Made by a program: the position numbers and the translations under genes. Below are positions 62,858-64,000 of a stretch of 64,000 nt of DNA, in pieces. Numbering within the stretch: position 1 is the first letter of the stretch; the number at the start of each line of letters is the position of its first letter. The stretch comes from an uncultured Gemmatimonadaceae bacterium (lineage in GTDB: Bacteria > Gemmatimonadota > Gemmatimonadetes > Gemmatimonadales > Gemmatimonadaceae): contig CAWHHI010000012.1 in NCBI GenBank assembly GCA_963829055.1, forward strand, positions 480,001 through 544,000. Reading direction: 5' to 3'. The notes beneath the pieces were generated by a model. The model was not told the origin of the DNA, did no database searches, and saw nothing but the letters and a program-made list of their open reading frames with translations.

Positions 62858-63377
62858 TCAGCGGCGACCGGGCATCGCGCGGCGGACGACGACCCCGAAG
62901 CGCGCGCCGCCACCGAACCCTACCTCGAACGCCGGCATCATCCGCCCGACCGCCGGACCCTCGATGCCTAACGCGCCGATCAGCACGCCGCGCCAGTGTT
63001 CGTCGCCGTCGTAGATCGCGCCCAGGCCGCCGCTGCCATATGGTGCCCAGCGGAATTCCCGGAGCGGATCCACCACGAATCGCACGAGTCCGTCGACACG
63101 CCCCGCAGCCATCGCGTTTCCGTTCGACCACGCCTGACCCGCGGCGGCGACGAGTCCCAGCCGCACGTACGTGCTCGCTGGTACGCTGAACCCGACACCG
63201 ACATGCGCGGCGGGCGCGCGCGCGCCCACGAAATCTGCGCGCGCTTCCGGTTGCACTCGCGCACTTCCGGGACCTGCCGTTCCGCTGCGCGTGAACGTCT
63301 CGCGCGGCGCCGGAAATGATGGCGATGGTTGCGATCCGAAGTACCAGCGGCCAGCCCGGAGTGGCGATGCGCCTCAC
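62858..63377 (-). CDS. Probable exported beta-strand protein; signal peptide lies in another frame (possible indel near 63270)
   Basis: ORF 62858-63256 has alternating beta strands (EVGFGGGARFGVVVR). Upstream frame has ..IATIAIISGAARDVHA|Q. Confidence 0.5.
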
Positions 63378-63898
63378 GTCGTGCGCTCGCGCCAGAGCGT
63401 GAGCGTGTAGTCCGCAATCGACGCGGCCGACGCCGCACCGACCACAATGACGAGCATCGGCACCGCGGGGGTCGCGATGAGGACGGCGACGAGCGTGAGC
63501 AATTGGAGCGCCGTCACGAGCTTGCCCAGCCAGCGCGCGCGAAACTCGACCGCGCGCAGCCACGGCACCGATCGCGCGACGAAATAGCCGATCAGCGTCG
63601 CGATGTCGCGTGACAACAGCGTGAAGAACGCCGCGGTGGAGATCGCGCCTTCGACCAGAAACGCGCACATCGCCGTGAACACGAACACGCGATCGGCGAT
63701 CGGGTCGATCAGCGCCCCGGATCGACTCGTCGCATGCTGGCGGCGGGCCAGCCAGCCATCGAGGAAGTCGGTTCCCGACGCGACTGCGACGAGCGTGAAC
63801 CGCGCGATCGGGTCGCGCGCAGCGACGAATACCGCCGCGAGCACGAGGCGCGACATCGATACGGCGTTCGGTAGCGTCACCAGGCGCTCGCGGTTCAT
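63374..63898 (-). CDS. CDP-alcohol phosphatidyltransferase
   Basis: TLPNAVSMSR, TDFLDGWLARR..SRSGALIDPIADR, GKLVTALQ. Confidence 0.92.
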   Translation of the reverse strand: MNRERLVTLPNAVSMSRLVLAAVFVAARDPIARFTLVAVASGTDFLDGWLARRQHATSRSGALIDPIADRVFVFTAMCAFLVEGAISTAAFFTLLSRDIATLIGYFVARSVPWLRAVEFRARWLGKLVTALQLLTLVAVLIATPAVPMLVIVVGAASAASIADYTLTLWRERTT

Positions 63899-64000
63899 GT
63901 CCCCAAAGTAACGGCGCGCGTCGGCGCGCGGCCAGCGTGTGACGCCGTTCCTTGTGTTCGTCTGTGAGCGCGGGTATCCTGACCCGTGCCGCTGCTCGAG

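Noticed and set aside
344..62973. GCCTAAC / GTTAGGC match integron attC core sites (RYYYAAC / GTTRRRY), some at stop codons
   Set aside because: Most copies lie inside housekeeping genes and are not paired into attC hairpins. There is no integrase or cassette array.

Overview
High-GC (roughly 68% by eye) bacterial chromosomal window; gene content and style suggest Gemmatimonadota (inference). In order, it encodes: a partial HhH-GPD glycosylase; a Ser/Thr kinase with an LprI-like C-terminus; an ECF sigma/anti-sigma/TPR-CHAT protease/secreted-protein cassette; comEA-pilB-pilT-pilC; a MASE1-PAS hybrid kinase; a SprA-like giant outer-membrane protein with an M28 lipoprotein; lptF-lptG-mlaE-mlaD; two tandem TonB-dependent receptors and two APC permeases; ctaA/ctaB; an M24 peptidase; a V4R protein; a DUF92/FAD-oxidoreductase/flavin reductase/methyltransferase/SRPBCC/ketosynthase cluster; aquaporin; ppa; ccmABCD; a STAS protein; acs; DsbA-VKOR; an alpha/beta hydrolase; and a CDP-alcohol phosphatidyltransferase. 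Most genes between about 6 and 30.3 kb carry indels, most likely long-read consensus errors, so coordinates there are approximate. The most unusual signal is a non-palindromic heptamer, CCTAACG/CGTTAGG. I count about 44 exact copies by eye, on both strands and in several reading frames, often forcing rare codons. Several families of intergenic inverted-repeat elements are also present. I recognised no tRNA, rRNA, CRISPR array, integrase or transposase.
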